A stretch of 64,000 nucleotides of DNA from Dehalococcoidia bacterium (GTDB lineage Bacteria; Chloroflexota; Dehalococcoidia; Lucifugimonadales; UBA3495): NCBI GenBank assembly GCA_965215675.1, contig OZ244112.1, positions 2,994,352 to 3,058,351 of the forward strand, given 5' to 3'. Of the stretch, positions 15,126-24,790 are shown in pieces. The notes under the pieces were generated by a model, which was given only the letters and a program-made list of their open reading frames with translations, made no database searches and had not been told where the DNA came from. Each line of letters begins with the position of its first letter. Within the stretch, counting starts at the first letter, position 1. Made by a program: the position numbers and the translations under genes.

Positions 15126-15603
15126 TCCCACCGCGATTCAAGACCCGCTAGAATGCCCGATGGAAGCAATCGTTCTGAAGCTGCTCTTAGTCTCGGTTGT
15201 CTCCCTAGGACTTTTCGTCACTGTCTGGGCTGCCGTGGCAATTAAGTTTCCTTGAGCGCATACGGGATTGTACGGGTCGGTCGGCCTGATGGTTCTGTGG
15301 TTGGGTATCTATTTGCCAGCCCTCAGTTGGGCGGTCTGATGGCCGGGGATTGGCGCGCGGATAAATACCCGACGCTGCTGCTGTTGGATTACGCTGGCTA
15401 TGCATACAAGGCGGCGGTGAGCGAAGGGGGTGGTTGTCGAGTTGCCGCATTGTGCGAAATGTCACTGTGAATTCCTTGAAAGGTTGAACATACACCACAG
15501 GATTGACCAGACTCCAATCGCATCGGTGCGTCAGCCCCATGGGTGATTCCGGGGTATAATCGCGGCAACTTCCACCGCCAATCCAGACGACAGGAGGCGC
15601 AAA

Positions 15604-16662
15604 ATGGCAGAGATATTGGGACTTGGGGTTACGCATTCGCCGTCACTGATCACGCCGGATGAGGTGAAGAATTATTCACTGACCCGTGCTCTCAGGAACG
15701 ATCGCATACCCAGCGAGCAGAAGAACCCCGAGAACTGGCCCGAGGCCATGCGAAAGGAGTGGGGCGACGACGAGGGGTATACCTCGGCGCTGTACCAGCG
15801 CGAGAAGCTGGTGGCTGGGTTCCGCAAGGTACGGGCTGAGCTGGACGCCTTCAAGCCGGACGTGGTGCTGGTGTGGGGCGACGACCAGTATGAGAATTTC
15901 AAGGAAGACATTATCCCCGCCTTCTGCGTGATGGCATACGACGAGTACGAGTGCCGTCCGTTTACGACCAAGGACGGCGGGGCTCGTCCCAATGTGTGGG
16001 GGGAGCCGTCCGAGAAGACCTTCCGGTACAAGGGACACCCAGCGGCGCGGCACCTGGCGGGAGCACTGATCGACGACGGGTTCGACGTGGCCTACGCCTA
16101 TAAGGCACTGCACGAGCCAGGGCTGGGGCACGCGTTCCTGAACACGCTACTTTACCTGGACTACGACCGCGCCGGGTTCGACTACCCTGTGATTCCCTTT
16201 GCCGTCAACTGCTACGGCAGCCGGATTATTCGCAACCGTGGTGGGGCCAGTCCGCAAACGGTGAACGGCGTGGAGGTCCCGCTGGACCCGCCCGGTCCCT
16301 CGCCCAAGCGCTGCATGGAGCTGGGAGCGGCGGCCGCGCGGGCCATGCTGGCCAGCCCGTGGCGGGTGGCGCTGATCGCGTCGTCGAGCTGGTCGCACGC
16401 GTTCCTGACGGAGAAGAACTGGTGGATGTACTGCGACGTCGAGTCTGACCGGCAACGGTTCGAGGAGTTCAAGGCCGGCGATTTCGAGGCGTGGCGGGGG
16501 CTTACCACGGCACAGGTGGAGGACGCGGGACAGCAGGAGATGCTGAACTGGATGTGCCTGGCTGGCGCGCTGGCCGAGCTGAAGCGGACGCCAGAGATCG
16601 TGGAGTTCCAGCAGACGTATGTGCATAACTCCAGCAAGTGCCTGGCGGTGGCGAGGCCGTAG
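15604..16662 (+). CDS. class III extradiol ring-cleavage dioxygenase (LigB family)-like protein
   Basis: 352 aa. The N-terminus MAEILGLGVTHSPSL resembles the LigB/GalA-type ..GIGTSH.P motif, and size and His pattern fit the family. Confidence 0.6.
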   Translation: MAEILGLGVTHSPSLITPDEVKNYSLTRALRNDRIPSEQKNPENWPEAMRKEWGDDEGYTSALYQREKLVAGFRKVRAELDAFKPDVVLVWGDDQYENFKEDIIPAFCVMAYDEYECRPFTTKDGGARPNVWGEPSEKTFRYKGHPAARHLAGALIDDGFDVAYAYKALHEPGLGHAFLNTLLYLDYDRAGFDYPVIPFAVNCYGSRIIRNRGGASPQTVNGVEVPLDPPGPSPKRCMELGAAAARAMLASPWRVALIASSSWSHAFLTEKNWWMYCDVESDRQRFEEFKAGDFEAWRGLTTAQVEDAGQQEMLNWMCLAGALAELKRTPEIVEFQQTYVHNSSKCLAVARP

Positions 16663-16716
16663 GGGGTAAGGTTGGTGGATAGCTAATCGCGGAGACGAAA
16701 TTCAGACCAACGACAC

Positions 16717-16750
16717 GGGGTGGTCCCTCTTCGAATGGAGGGACCACCCC
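16717..16750. terminator. strong hairpin terminator between convergent genes
   Basis: GGGGTGGTCCCTC-loop-GAGGGACCACCCC (13-bp perfect stem) followed by GTTGATTTT. Confidence 0.7.
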
Positions 16751-16798
16751 GTTGATTTTCCCCAGATCCCGGTTGGTGTGGTTGTCTCTTGTTCCCCT

Positions 16799-18031
16799 TT
16801 AGTTGACTGGGATGGATGTGACTGTGCCGTCGGGGTTGATTCTCATGCCCACTATGGGGCCGACTTTTTCGTTGAATATCCTGACTTCCTCAGTGTCCGC
16901 GCCGCCTACGCGTCCGACCCAGTTGGGCAGGGAGGAATTGATGGCGGTGTTCCGAATGGCCTCACGCATTTCCGGAGTGAATTCGCTGTAGATCATCCCT
17001 TCGGCCACGTTATTATCGACACCTTCCTGGTCCCAGGATTCAACAACGCGAAGATTTTCAGCCTCGGTTATGGCGCCTTCTTCTTTCAAGATGACCTGCA
17101 GGTGCGGTGGCAGGGAATTCCAGGTATCCGAATTCATGACTACGGCATTGTGGGGATGGGCGTAGAGTGGCCCCACAATGTACTTGGTGACCTCATACCA
17201 CCTCTGCCCGTACCCTGGCCCGCTGCCGGTGACGCCCGCGTCGAGGATGCCCCGCTCCAGTGAGGGGTACACGTCGGCGAAGGTCACGAATTGAGCCTCA
17301 GCGCCGAGGCCATTGATCAAGTCGGCCAAGGGAACGCTGTGAGCGCGGGTCTTGAGTCCCTCGAAGTCGCTAAGTGTTTCGAGGGGCCTCTTGCTGTAGA
17401 AGAACTGGTCGGGGTAGTAGTCGTAAAAGATGACCTCGCCACCAAAGCGGTCCCTGATGATCCTGACCTCGTCGTCCCGGACCGCTGCGAAAATCTTGTT
17501 CTGAGTAGGCGTATCCGGGAATAGTCCGTAGAGTTCCGCTATTTCAATGAAGGGCCAGGTCCCGCCAACAAAGTTGCCAGGTAGTTCGGTGAACTCCACG
17601 GTGCCGTCCTCAAGAAGGTCCAGCATATCGGTCCCGCTGATTCCCAGTTCGGGCAACGACGTGATGTCGAGCTTCAGTTGGCCGTTGCTGCGTTCCTCGA
17701 CCCGTGCGACGTACTCAGTGAACAAATCACAGGTCTGCAGGCTTCGGTTGATGCAGACGAACTGCATTGTGAAAACCTGGTCAGAGGCTCCGGTTGCTTG
17801 ATCGGTTGTCTCCGTGGCCTGTTCGGTGGGTACACTTGGTTGTTCGGTGGGCTCGATGGCCTGTTGGGTGGGCTCGATGGCCTCCTCGGTGGGTTCACTG
17901 GCCTGTTGGGTGGGTTCGCTTGGCTGTTCTGCGGTTGCCTGAGGTTGCGATGTAGCTGTGGGAGATGAGCCGCAGGCAACCAAAAGCAACATCAGGATCG
18001 CAGGTACGATGGCGAGGTACAAAGTCCGCAT
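16799..18031 (-). CDS. TRAP-type transporter solute-binding lipoprotein (DctP family), paralog 2
   Basis: Lipobox LLVAC. The tether has 7-aa repeats (EPT[QE][QE]A[IS]) encoded by 21-nt tandem repeats at about 17806-17940. DctP-like core LKTRAH..FADVYPSLERGILDAGVTG..RWYEV. ATG at 18031 with an AGGAGA SD. Confidence 0.75.
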   Translation of the reverse strand: MRTLYLAIVPAILMLLLVACGSSPTATSQPQATAEQPSEPTQQASEPTEEAIEPTQQAIEPTEQPSVPTEQATETTDQATGASDQVFTMQFVCINRSLQTCDLFTEYVARVEERSNGQLKLDITSLPELGISGTDMLDLLEDGTVEFTELPGNFVGGTWPFIEIAELYGLFPDTPTQNKIFAAVRDDEVRIIRDRFGGEVIFYDYYPDQFFYSKRPLETLSDFEGLKTRAHSVPLADLINGLGAEAQFVTFADVYPSLERGILDAGVTGSGPGYGQRWYEVTKYIVGPLYAHPHNAVVMNSDTWNSLPPHLQVILKEEGAITEAENLRVVESWDQEGVDNNVAEGMIYSEFTPEMREAIRNTAINSSLPNWVGRVGGADTEEVRIFNEKVGPIVGMRINPDGTVTSIPVN

Positions 18032-18666
18032 AGAAAGTCTCCTAGCGTTGATTACGAAACACAATCCACCTATCGCCGCTGGCTCCCCTCCAAGTAACGG
18101 ACAGTAATTCTCACATCAGGTTCCGGTCAGGGAAATCGCGCCGGTTGAAAGAGGCGCGGGGACAACCTACCGCTCCGACACAGCCGTGACGAGGTTGGGC
18201 AATCAATTTCCAGCCTGACGACATATTCCAGATATAGATGACTTATAGCACATAATATACCCATTGTCTCTTCTACAGTATATGTTTATATTCGTACACA
18301 TTGCTGATGCAGAAAACGATTTCGGACCGCTGATTCATTTCGTGATACGTCGCGATAACAGTAAGGGTGGCGAATGGGCGACAGGGTTCAGATCGCACGC
18401 GGCGAGCAATTACATCGGGTGTGAAACAGTTCGAGGATCCGCAATTGCTGTCGGGGCGCGGGCAGTAGCGGCTTACGGTTCCTCAGTGAGCAAGACTGCG
18501 AGGGCGAAGTTCCGCAACGGGACCCCGCAGCTTTGTTCTGTCTGCGACTTCACCTGACCTAAAACCAACGGCGTCGGGGCTGCTCCAGATACGTTTTCCG
18601 TGCTGCGGCGGAATGCAATCGTGTATACTTGGGCTTGCCTGCAATCGCAGCGGGGAGGGTGTCTCA

Positions 18667-19980
18667 ATGGCCGTAAATACGAGCCGTACCCTTGGCAGTA
18701 TCGTTGACCTTGACGGGGGGCAGATCAGCCGCGAAATCTTCGTCAACGGGGACATCTACGCGCAGGAGCAGGAGCAGGTCTTTTCCAAGGCCTGGTTGTT
18801 CGTGGGGCACGAGACACAGATACCCAAGCCCGGCGATTACTTTGTTTCCAGCATGGGGGAAGAGTCGGTCATTCTGTGCCGCGACCGGGAGGGCGAGATT
18901 CACGTCTTCCTGAATTCCTGCACCCACCGGGGCATGAAGGTCTGCCGGTATGACGAGGGCAACACCCCAGTGTTCAGTTGCCCCTACCACGGCTGGAGCT
19001 TTGCGACCGACGGCAAGCTCGTGGGTGTTCCTTACTTCAAAGACGCCTACAAGGGCGGGCTGGACAGGTCGCAGTGGGGCCTCATCGAAGTGCCGCAGAT
19101 GTACAACTACAAGGGCGGCATCTGGGCGTCGTGGGACAAGAACGGCCCCTCGTTCCAAGAATACGTGGGCGACTTCACAATGTACCTAGACCTGCTGCTG
19201 GACGGCCGGGACGGCAGCGAGGGCGGTTCGGAGATACTGGGAGGCGTCCAGAAATGGACCATGCCGAACAACTGGAAATTCGCGGCCGAGAACTTCGCGG
19301 GTGACGGCTACCACAACATCAGCCACCGCTCTGTGGACATGGTGGGCATAGGCCCCAGCGGGCTAGGACGACGCGACGACGCAGAGTACAAGGCGGCTCG
19401 CCGCATCAACGTGACATTCCCTCAGCGGGGTCATGCCGCGGTGGTGGAACTGTTCCCACCCGAAACGCCGCAGGTCGCCACCTACCAGAACAGAGAAGAC
19501 GTCGGCGAATACTTCCGAATGATGGAGTTTGAGCGACGTCGCCGGCTGGATGGAAAGGCAAACCTTCTGGGCGTCGTGGGAACCCTGTTCCCCAACATGT
19601 CATACCTGGCACGCCAGCCACGATCAATCGCCGTGTGGCACCCGCGGGGGCCGAACCTGACGGAGGCCTGGCGCTGGTTCCTGGTGGACAAGGACACGCC
19701 GGAGGAAGTGAAGGACGTGCTGCGGCACTACTACATCCGCTACTCCGGGCCGGGCGGAATGACCGAGCAGGACGACATGGAGAACTGGAACTACGCCCAC
19801 AAGGCAAGCCGGGGAGTCATCGCGCGGCGCAAGCCCTACAATTACCAGATGGGTATCGGTCACCTGGCCAACGACGTGGAGTTGCCCGGCGTTCTGACCG
19901 AGGGCATCTGCGAGGAAAACGCCCGCGGTTTCTACTCGGGATGGGTCAAGATGATGGATGCGCCCTCCAACGGGCACTAG
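18667..19980 (+). CDS. aromatic ring-hydroxylating dioxygenase alpha subunit (Rieske 2Fe-2S), paralog 1
   Basis: Rieske motif CTHRGMKVC..17 aa..CPYHGWSF, with a catalytic domain containing NWK..ENF.GD.YH..SH. ATG at 18667 with a GGGGAGGG SD. Confidence 0.9.
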   Translation: MAVNTSRTLGSIVDLDGGQISREIFVNGDIYAQEQEQVFSKAWLFVGHETQIPKPGDYFVSSMGEESVILCRDREGEIHVFLNSCTHRGMKVCRYDEGNTPVFSCPYHGWSFATDGKLVGVPYFKDAYKGGLDRSQWGLIEVPQMYNYKGGIWASWDKNGPSFQEYVGDFTMYLDLLLDGRDGSEGGSEILGGVQKWTMPNNWKFAAENFAGDGYHNISHRSVDMVGIGPSGLGRRDDAEYKAARRINVTFPQRGHAAVVELFPPETPQVATYQNREDVGEYFRMMEFERRRRLDGKANLLGVVGTLFPNMSYLARQPRSIAVWHPRGPNLTEAWRWFLVDKDTPEEVKDVLRHYYIRYSGPGGMTEQDDMENWNYAHKASRGVIARRKPYNYQMGIGHLANDVELPGVLTEGICEENARGFYSGWVKMMDAPSNGH

Positions 19981-20111
19981 CGGACCAATGGGATTGACAC
20001 GGTCCAATTATCAGCAAGTCGCATGACAAACGACAGGGTTTGTCTCTAATATCAGGCCAAGAGGAACCAAATCCAACAATTCCTAATCCCAACAAATTTA
20101 GGAGAGGAATC

Positions 20112-20990
20112 ATGGCCAGTGTTACCCAATTGGGATACATCGGTATCAGCGCAAGCAACCTCGAGGAATGGGAGCATTTCGGCACCGAGGTCCTGGGGCT
20201 GCAGTCGAACGGCGTTGACTCCAACGGCGTCCTGACGATGCGGATGGACGAGTACACACACCGCTTCATCGTCAGCCCGACGGGGAAGGACGACGTTGAC
20301 TTCGTGGGCTTCCAGGTCACTGATCAGGCGGGGCTGGCCGCGATGGCGGAGCAGCTTCGGGAGGCTGGCATCGAGGTGTCGATCGGCACTCCAGAAGAGG
20401 CAAAGGAACGGAGGGTCGAGGGGCTGATCAAGTTCGAAGACCCCGACGGGACACCGACCGAGGTCTACTACGGCCCGCCGGTCAGCTTCGACAACCCGTT
20501 CAATTCGCCCCGCCCCGTCAGCGGCTTCGTCACCGGTGAGCAGGGCCTGGGCCATGTGGTCTACCACGTCGAAGATCTGGACAGGGCGGTGGCGTTCTAC
20601 CGGGACGTGCTGGGGATGAGGATCAGCGACTACATTCGCAACCTGGTTTTCTTCCACTGCAACCCGCGTCACCACACCCTGGCGATCATCGAAGCCAAGG
20701 GGCGGAACACCAAGAAGCTCAACCACTTCATGGTGCAGACGCAGGGAATGAACGATGTGGGTCAGACCTACGACATGGTGCTGGACTCCGACATCAACGT
20801 AACCCGCGGACTGGGTCGTCATACCAACGACCATATGACCTCCTTCTACATGAAAACTCCGTCGGGCTTCGACGTGGAGTACGGCTGGGGCGCGCGGACT
20901 GTGGACGACGCGACTTGGCAGGTGGTACGCCACGAAAAGGGCAGCATCTGGGGCCACCGGCCTGTGCCGCAGCCTGCGGCGACCAGCTAG
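20112..20990 (+). CDS. extradiol dioxygenase, VOC superfamily (BphC / catechol 2,3-dioxygenase-like)
   Basis: MASVTQLGYIGISASNLEEWEHFGTEVLGLQ resembles the BphC N-terminus. Two VOC modules are present, including GLGHVVY and HTNDHMTSFY. ATG at 20112 with an AGGAGAGG SD. Confidence 0.85.
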   Translation: MASVTQLGYIGISASNLEEWEHFGTEVLGLQSNGVDSNGVLTMRMDEYTHRFIVSPTGKDDVDFVGFQVTDQAGLAAMAEQLREAGIEVSIGTPEEAKERRVEGLIKFEDPDGTPTEVYYGPPVSFDNPFNSPRPVSGFVTGEQGLGHVVYHVEDLDRAVAFYRDVLGMRISDYIRNLVFFHCNPRHHTLAIIEAKGRNTKKLNHFMVQTQGMNDVGQTYDMVLDSDINVTRGLGRHTNDHMTSFYMKTPSGFDVEYGWGARTVDDATWQVVRHEKGSIWGHRPVPQPAATS

Positions 20991-21012
20991 GGGCAGACAG
21001 GGCAGTTTCCAA

Positions 21013-21558
21013 ATGGCTGACCTGCCACCGTTGCCGGACCCAGGGTTTCAAAGCCCAGATGACCGCCGCACGATTGGACGGCGGTTTATCCTTCAGGCTC
21101 GCGACTACCTGGAAAAGGGCGACCGCCTGCAGGCCGGAGAGAAGGCCTGGGGGGCGATCGCCCATAACCTGAAGGCGATAGGCGAAGAGCGGGGTTGGAA
21201 ACACGGTAGTCATCAGCAAATCGAGAACATAGGCCGGCAAATCGTCGTCGAGTTCGAAAACCCCGAACTCGGAAACGCAATTGCAGAAGCCTTCCAAAAC
21301 GGTCACAGGAACTTCTATGAAAACCACCGCACCATTGAGGAGATGAGAATTACGATTGAGGCGGCGGAGGAAGCCTTGCCACTGCTGGAGGCTCTTCAGC
21401 GAGCCAGTCCTCATTCGTTCACGATCACTTCCAACACCCAGGTCAGGCGGTTGAGAGCGCTTACGGATAACGAGGAATTACAGATCGGTGAAACGTCCCC
21501 GGTGGGGTTCTCACTGAAACACTCGTCTGATGGCTACGACAGCACTTCGGAGACTTAG
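21013..21558 (+). CDS. PaREP1-like helical protein (family mostly known from archaea)
   Basis: A.DYLEKGDRLQAGEKAWGAIAHNLKAIGEERGWKHGSHQQI...A..NGHRNFYEN matches the PaREP1 pattern (..GD..QASEK.WGA...A.KA.A...G....SH..L...H..FYE). Its stop TAG abuts the next ATG (21559). Confidence 0.55.
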   Translation: MADLPPLPDPGFQSPDDRRTIGRRFILQARDYLEKGDRLQAGEKAWGAIAHNLKAIGEERGWKHGSHQQIENIGRQIVVEFENPELGNAIAEAFQNGHRNFYENHRTIEEMRITIEAAEEALPLLEALQRASPHSFTITSNTQVRRLRALTDNEELQIGETSPVGFSLKHSSDGYDSTSET

Positions 21559-22437
21559 ATGGACGTTGGATACATTGGCACTGGGACAATGGGCAATCCG
21601 ATGGCGCGCTGCCTGCTGGACGCGGGGCACAACGTCATGGTCTATGACGTGCGCCGGGAGGCAACCACCAACCTGTGCGAGCTTGGCGCTCACTGGGCCG
21701 ACAGTCCTCGGGCAGTGGCAGAGGCGGCGCCGGTGGTATTCACTTCGCTGCCTGGGCCAACGGAGGCGGAGCGCGTGGTGCTGGATCCGGACACCGGCAT
21801 CCTGGCCGGGCTGCCGCGGGGAGGAGCCTGGATCGACACGACCACCAACGCGCCGTCGCTGATACGTCGGCTGGCCGAGGAGTGCCAACGGCGTGGCATC
21901 GAAATGCTGGATTCACCGGTGAGCGGCCGGCCACCCGCGATGACCATGATGGTCGGGGGAGACCCGGCGGTCTTTGAGAAGCACCGTCCGGTGCTGGAGT
22001 GCATGGGCCGGGATGTCTTCTACGTCGGGGAGACGGCCTCGGGTTGCATCGCCAAGCTGGTCACGCAATACCTTGGGTACTGTGCCTTTATTGCGGGCGT
22101 CGAGGGCATGTTGATCGGCGCAAAGGCGGGGATCGACCTGGAAATCCTGGCTAAGATTATTCCGGTCAGCGCGGGATACAGCGGTGTGTTGAACCGGTCG
22201 ACCGAGGCCATCCTTGACCGGAGCTTCTATTCGAACGGCACGCTGGACATCGTGGCCAAGGACATACACCTGGCGTGTGAACTGGCCCGGGAGTCGCAGG
22301 CTCCTGCGTCCATCGGGGCCATAGCCGACGATATGTTCCAGAGAGCCCAGGCGCAGGGGATGGGGAAAGACGGATACCCCGCTGTGGCACGGATCCTGGA
22401 ACAGCTTGCAGGGGCGGAATTAAAGCCAAACGGCTAA
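21559..22437 (+). CDS. NAD(P)-dependent beta-hydroxyacid dehydrogenase (3-hydroxyisobutyrate / tartronate semialdehyde reductase family)
   Basis: VGYIGTGTMGNPMARCLLDAGHNVMVYD Rossmann motif, plus ..DSPVSG.. and the family-conserved central segment. Confidence 0.85.
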   Translation: MDVGYIGTGTMGNPMARCLLDAGHNVMVYDVRREATTNLCELGAHWADSPRAVAEAAPVVFTSLPGPTEAERVVLDPDTGILAGLPRGGAWIDTTTNAPSLIRRLAEECQRRGIEMLDSPVSGRPPAMTMMVGGDPAVFEKHRPVLECMGRDVFYVGETASGCIAKLVTQYLGYCAFIAGVEGMLIGAKAGIDLEILAKIIPVSAGYSGVLNRSTEAILDRSFYSNGTLDIVAKDIHLACELARESQAPASIGAIADDMFQRAQAQGMGKDGYPAVARILEQLAGAELKPNG

Positions 22438-22477
22438 TCGCTGGACTTAACCGCAGACCTGACAGGGGGAGAAGACG

Positions 22478-23914
22478 ATGCAGAACGGACACACGAACGG
22501 CACCGGTTCGCTGGCCGGGCTGGTGGACATGGCCGCCGGAACGGTGAGCCGCGAGATATTCGTCAACGAGGAAATCTACGCCCAGGAGCAGGAACTCCTG
22601 TTTGCCAGGGCCTGGCTCTTTGTTGGCCACGTGTCCCAGATTCCCAAGCCCGGCGACTTCTTTGTCTCCTGCATGGGCGAGGAATCGGTCATCCTCTGCC
22701 GCGACCGGGAGGGCGGGGTCCACGTCTTCCTCAACTCCTGCACCCACCGGGGTATGAAGGTCTGCCGCTACGACGAGGGCAACACGCCCGTCTTCAGTTG
22801 CCCCTACCACGGCTGGAGCTTCGCCACCGACGGCAAGCTGGTGGGCGTGCCATACTTCAAGGACGCCTACAAGGGTGAACTGGACAAGTCTGAGTGGGGC
22901 CTGATCGAGGTCCCGCAGCTCTGCATCTACAAGGGCACTGTGTGGGCCACCTGGGACAAGGACGCCCCCTCATTCGAGGAGTACCTGGGCGGGTACAAGA
23001 CTTACCTGGACTTCCTGCTGGACACTTGGGACGGAGCCGGCGGCGAGACCGAGGTCTTCGGCGGCATCGAAAAGTGGGTGATCCCGTGCAACTGGAAGTT
23101 CCCCTCGGAGAACTTCATCGGGGACCGCTATCACAACATCAGCCATCGTTCAGTGGACCTGGTGGGCGCAGGGCCCAGCGGGAGCGGACGGCGCGACACA
23201 CAGGAGCGGGTCGGGGCTACGGCGCTGGACTTCTCGTTCCCTGAGCGCGGACACGGAACCATCAGCTTCCTGCGGCCCGACGACTCGCCCATCGCCGGGT
23301 ACCAGCACTCCCAGATAGTCTCCGACTACTTCGCACATTGCGAGAACGAGCGCCGCAAGAACTACGGCCAGTGGGCGCGATTCATACCCGGGCCCGGCAC
23401 CGTATTCCCGAACTTCTCGTACCTGCCACGCCAGCCTCGCACCATCGCCGCCTGGCACCCGCGCACCCCGGAGAGCCACGAGGCCTGGCGCTGGTTCCTG
23501 GTGGACAAGAATGCGCCCGCAGAGGTCAAGGAATTCCTGCGCAAGTACTACATCAGCTACTCCGGCCCTGCCGGACTGACCGAGCAGGATGACATGGAGA
23601 ACTGGAACTATGCGCACAACGCCAGCCGGGGGGTGATCGCTCGGCGGCATCCGTACAACTACCAGATGGGAATGGGGCACGAGGCTCCTCCGTTCGATGC
23701 CGACGGGCTGGAACTGCCGGGGAAGATTCGCAACGTGACTGTCGCCAAGGCGGCCGAGCAGAACCAGCGCGGGTTCTATTCACGGTGGGCCGAGTTCCTG
23801 ACCGCTCCGAGTTGGGACGAGCTGGCGACGTGGCGCAACGGCCACGCCAACGGCGCCTCCTTCGACAAGCTCAGGATGAGCGACAGCGGCGCATCCATCG
23901 CTGCGGGGAACTGA
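22478..23914 (+). CDS. aromatic ring-hydroxylating dioxygenase alpha subunit (Rieske 2Fe-2S), paralog 2
   Basis: It carries the same CTHRGMKVCRYDEGNTPVFSCPYHGWSF block as paralog 1 and is collinear with it throughout. It has a C-terminal extension. Confidence 0.9.
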   Translation: MQNGHTNGTGSLAGLVDMAAGTVSREIFVNEEIYAQEQELLFARAWLFVGHVSQIPKPGDFFVSCMGEESVILCRDREGGVHVFLNSCTHRGMKVCRYDEGNTPVFSCPYHGWSFATDGKLVGVPYFKDAYKGELDKSEWGLIEVPQLCIYKGTVWATWDKDAPSFEEYLGGYKTYLDFLLDTWDGAGGETEVFGGIEKWVIPCNWKFPSENFIGDRYHNISHRSVDLVGAGPSGSGRRDTQERVGATALDFSFPERGHGTISFLRPDDSPIAGYQHSQIVSDYFAHCENERRKNYGQWARFIPGPGTVFPNFSYLPRQPRTIAAWHPRTPESHEAWRWFLVDKNAPAEVKEFLRKYYISYSGPAGLTEQDDMENWNYAHNASRGVIARRHPYNYQMGMGHEAPPFDADGLELPGKIRNVTVAKAAEQNQRGFYSRWAEFLTAPSWDELATWRNGHANGASFDKLRMSDSGASIAAGN

Positions 23915-23916
23915 CA

Positions 23917-24462
23917 ATGACGACCGTCGGGGCGAACGTGGCCCGGATGCTGCTGAAGAACGAGGTGGAGGAGTTCCTGTACCACGAGGCGGAGTTGCTG
24001 GATGACCGGCGATTCGCCGAGTGGCTGGAGTTGCTCAGCGACGACATCCGGTACTGGATGCCGATGCGGCGCAACGTCAAGTTCGGCGAGTTGGACCGGG
24101 AGTTCACCCGCGAGGGCCACGACATCAACTGGTTCGACGAGGGAAAGTCCACCTTGGAGCGGCGCGTCAGCCAGATCCTTACAGGGGTGCACTGGGCGGA
24201 GGAGCCACTGTCGCGCATCTGCCATATGGTGTCGAATGTGCAACTGCTGAACGCCACTCCGTCGGCGGAGGATGCGGCCGAGGTGGAGATCAAGTGCCGC
24301 TTCCTGATCTACCGGAACCGAGTGGAGACGGAGACGGATTTCCTGATCGGCAAGCGGGAGGACGTTCTGCGCCGGGAGGATGGCGAGTGGAAGATAGCGC
24401 AGCGCAAGGTGATTCTGGACCAGAACGTGCTGCTGGCCAAGAACCTGACTTTTTTCTTCTAG
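23917..24462 (+). CDS. aromatic ring-hydroxylating dioxygenase beta subunit (NTF2/SnoaL fold)
   Basis: EVEEFLYHEAELLDDRRFAEWLELLSDDIRYWMP is the classic beta-subunit N-terminus. ATG at 23917 lies 2 nt after the alpha stop. Confidence 0.85.
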   Translation: MTTVGANVARMLLKNEVEEFLYHEAELLDDRRFAEWLELLSDDIRYWMPMRRNVKFGELDREFTREGHDINWFDEGKSTLERRVSQILTGVHWAEEPLSRICHMVSNVQLLNATPSAEDAAEVEIKCRFLIYRNRVETETDFLIGKREDVLRREDGEWKIAQRKVILDQNVLLAKNLTFFF

Positions 24463-24575
24463 GGCGTTCCCCTGCTCAGCAAGCGGAGGGAATGCATGAA
24501 TTTGCTGTATCCCAGCTTCCACAGAGGAAATGGCGGAAGCTGCGGCACTGATGACAGACTTACGGAGATGGGCCC

Positions 24576-24782
24576 ATGGCCGATGTTATTAACCTGATTA
24601 CCATTGCGGAAGGCGCCACGATTTCGACCCTCAACGGCTCCACTGCCGAGGTGGTCACCAACCCAAAGGACGGCGTGTGGGTCTTCGCCAAGTACCTGAC
24701 CTCGCCGGACGACCCCGATCTGGTGGGGACGGAGGATATGATCTTCGCCCAGGACATCGCCGAAGTACTGACCGGGGAGTAA
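24576..24782 (+). CDS. hypothetical small protein (68 aa)
   Basis: ORF with a GGAGA SD, co-directional with the catabolic genes. No recognised motif. Confidence 0.4.
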   Translation: MADVINLITIAEGATISTLNGSTAEVVTNPKDGVWVFAKYLTSPDDPDLVGTEDMIFAQDIAEVLTGE

Positions 24783-24790
24783 CGCCTGCC

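Noticed and set aside
18200-18660. Possible riboswitch/ncRNA or operator in the 600-bp divergent region between TRAP paralog 2 and Rieske alpha 1. This includes the AT-rich stretch at 18220-18300 and track ORF 18264..18557.
   Set aside because: I could not match any riboswitch consensus (cobalamin, TPP, SAM, glycine) by eye. The AT-rich stretch is most simply a divergent promoter region. The ORF has no SD and an implausible composition.
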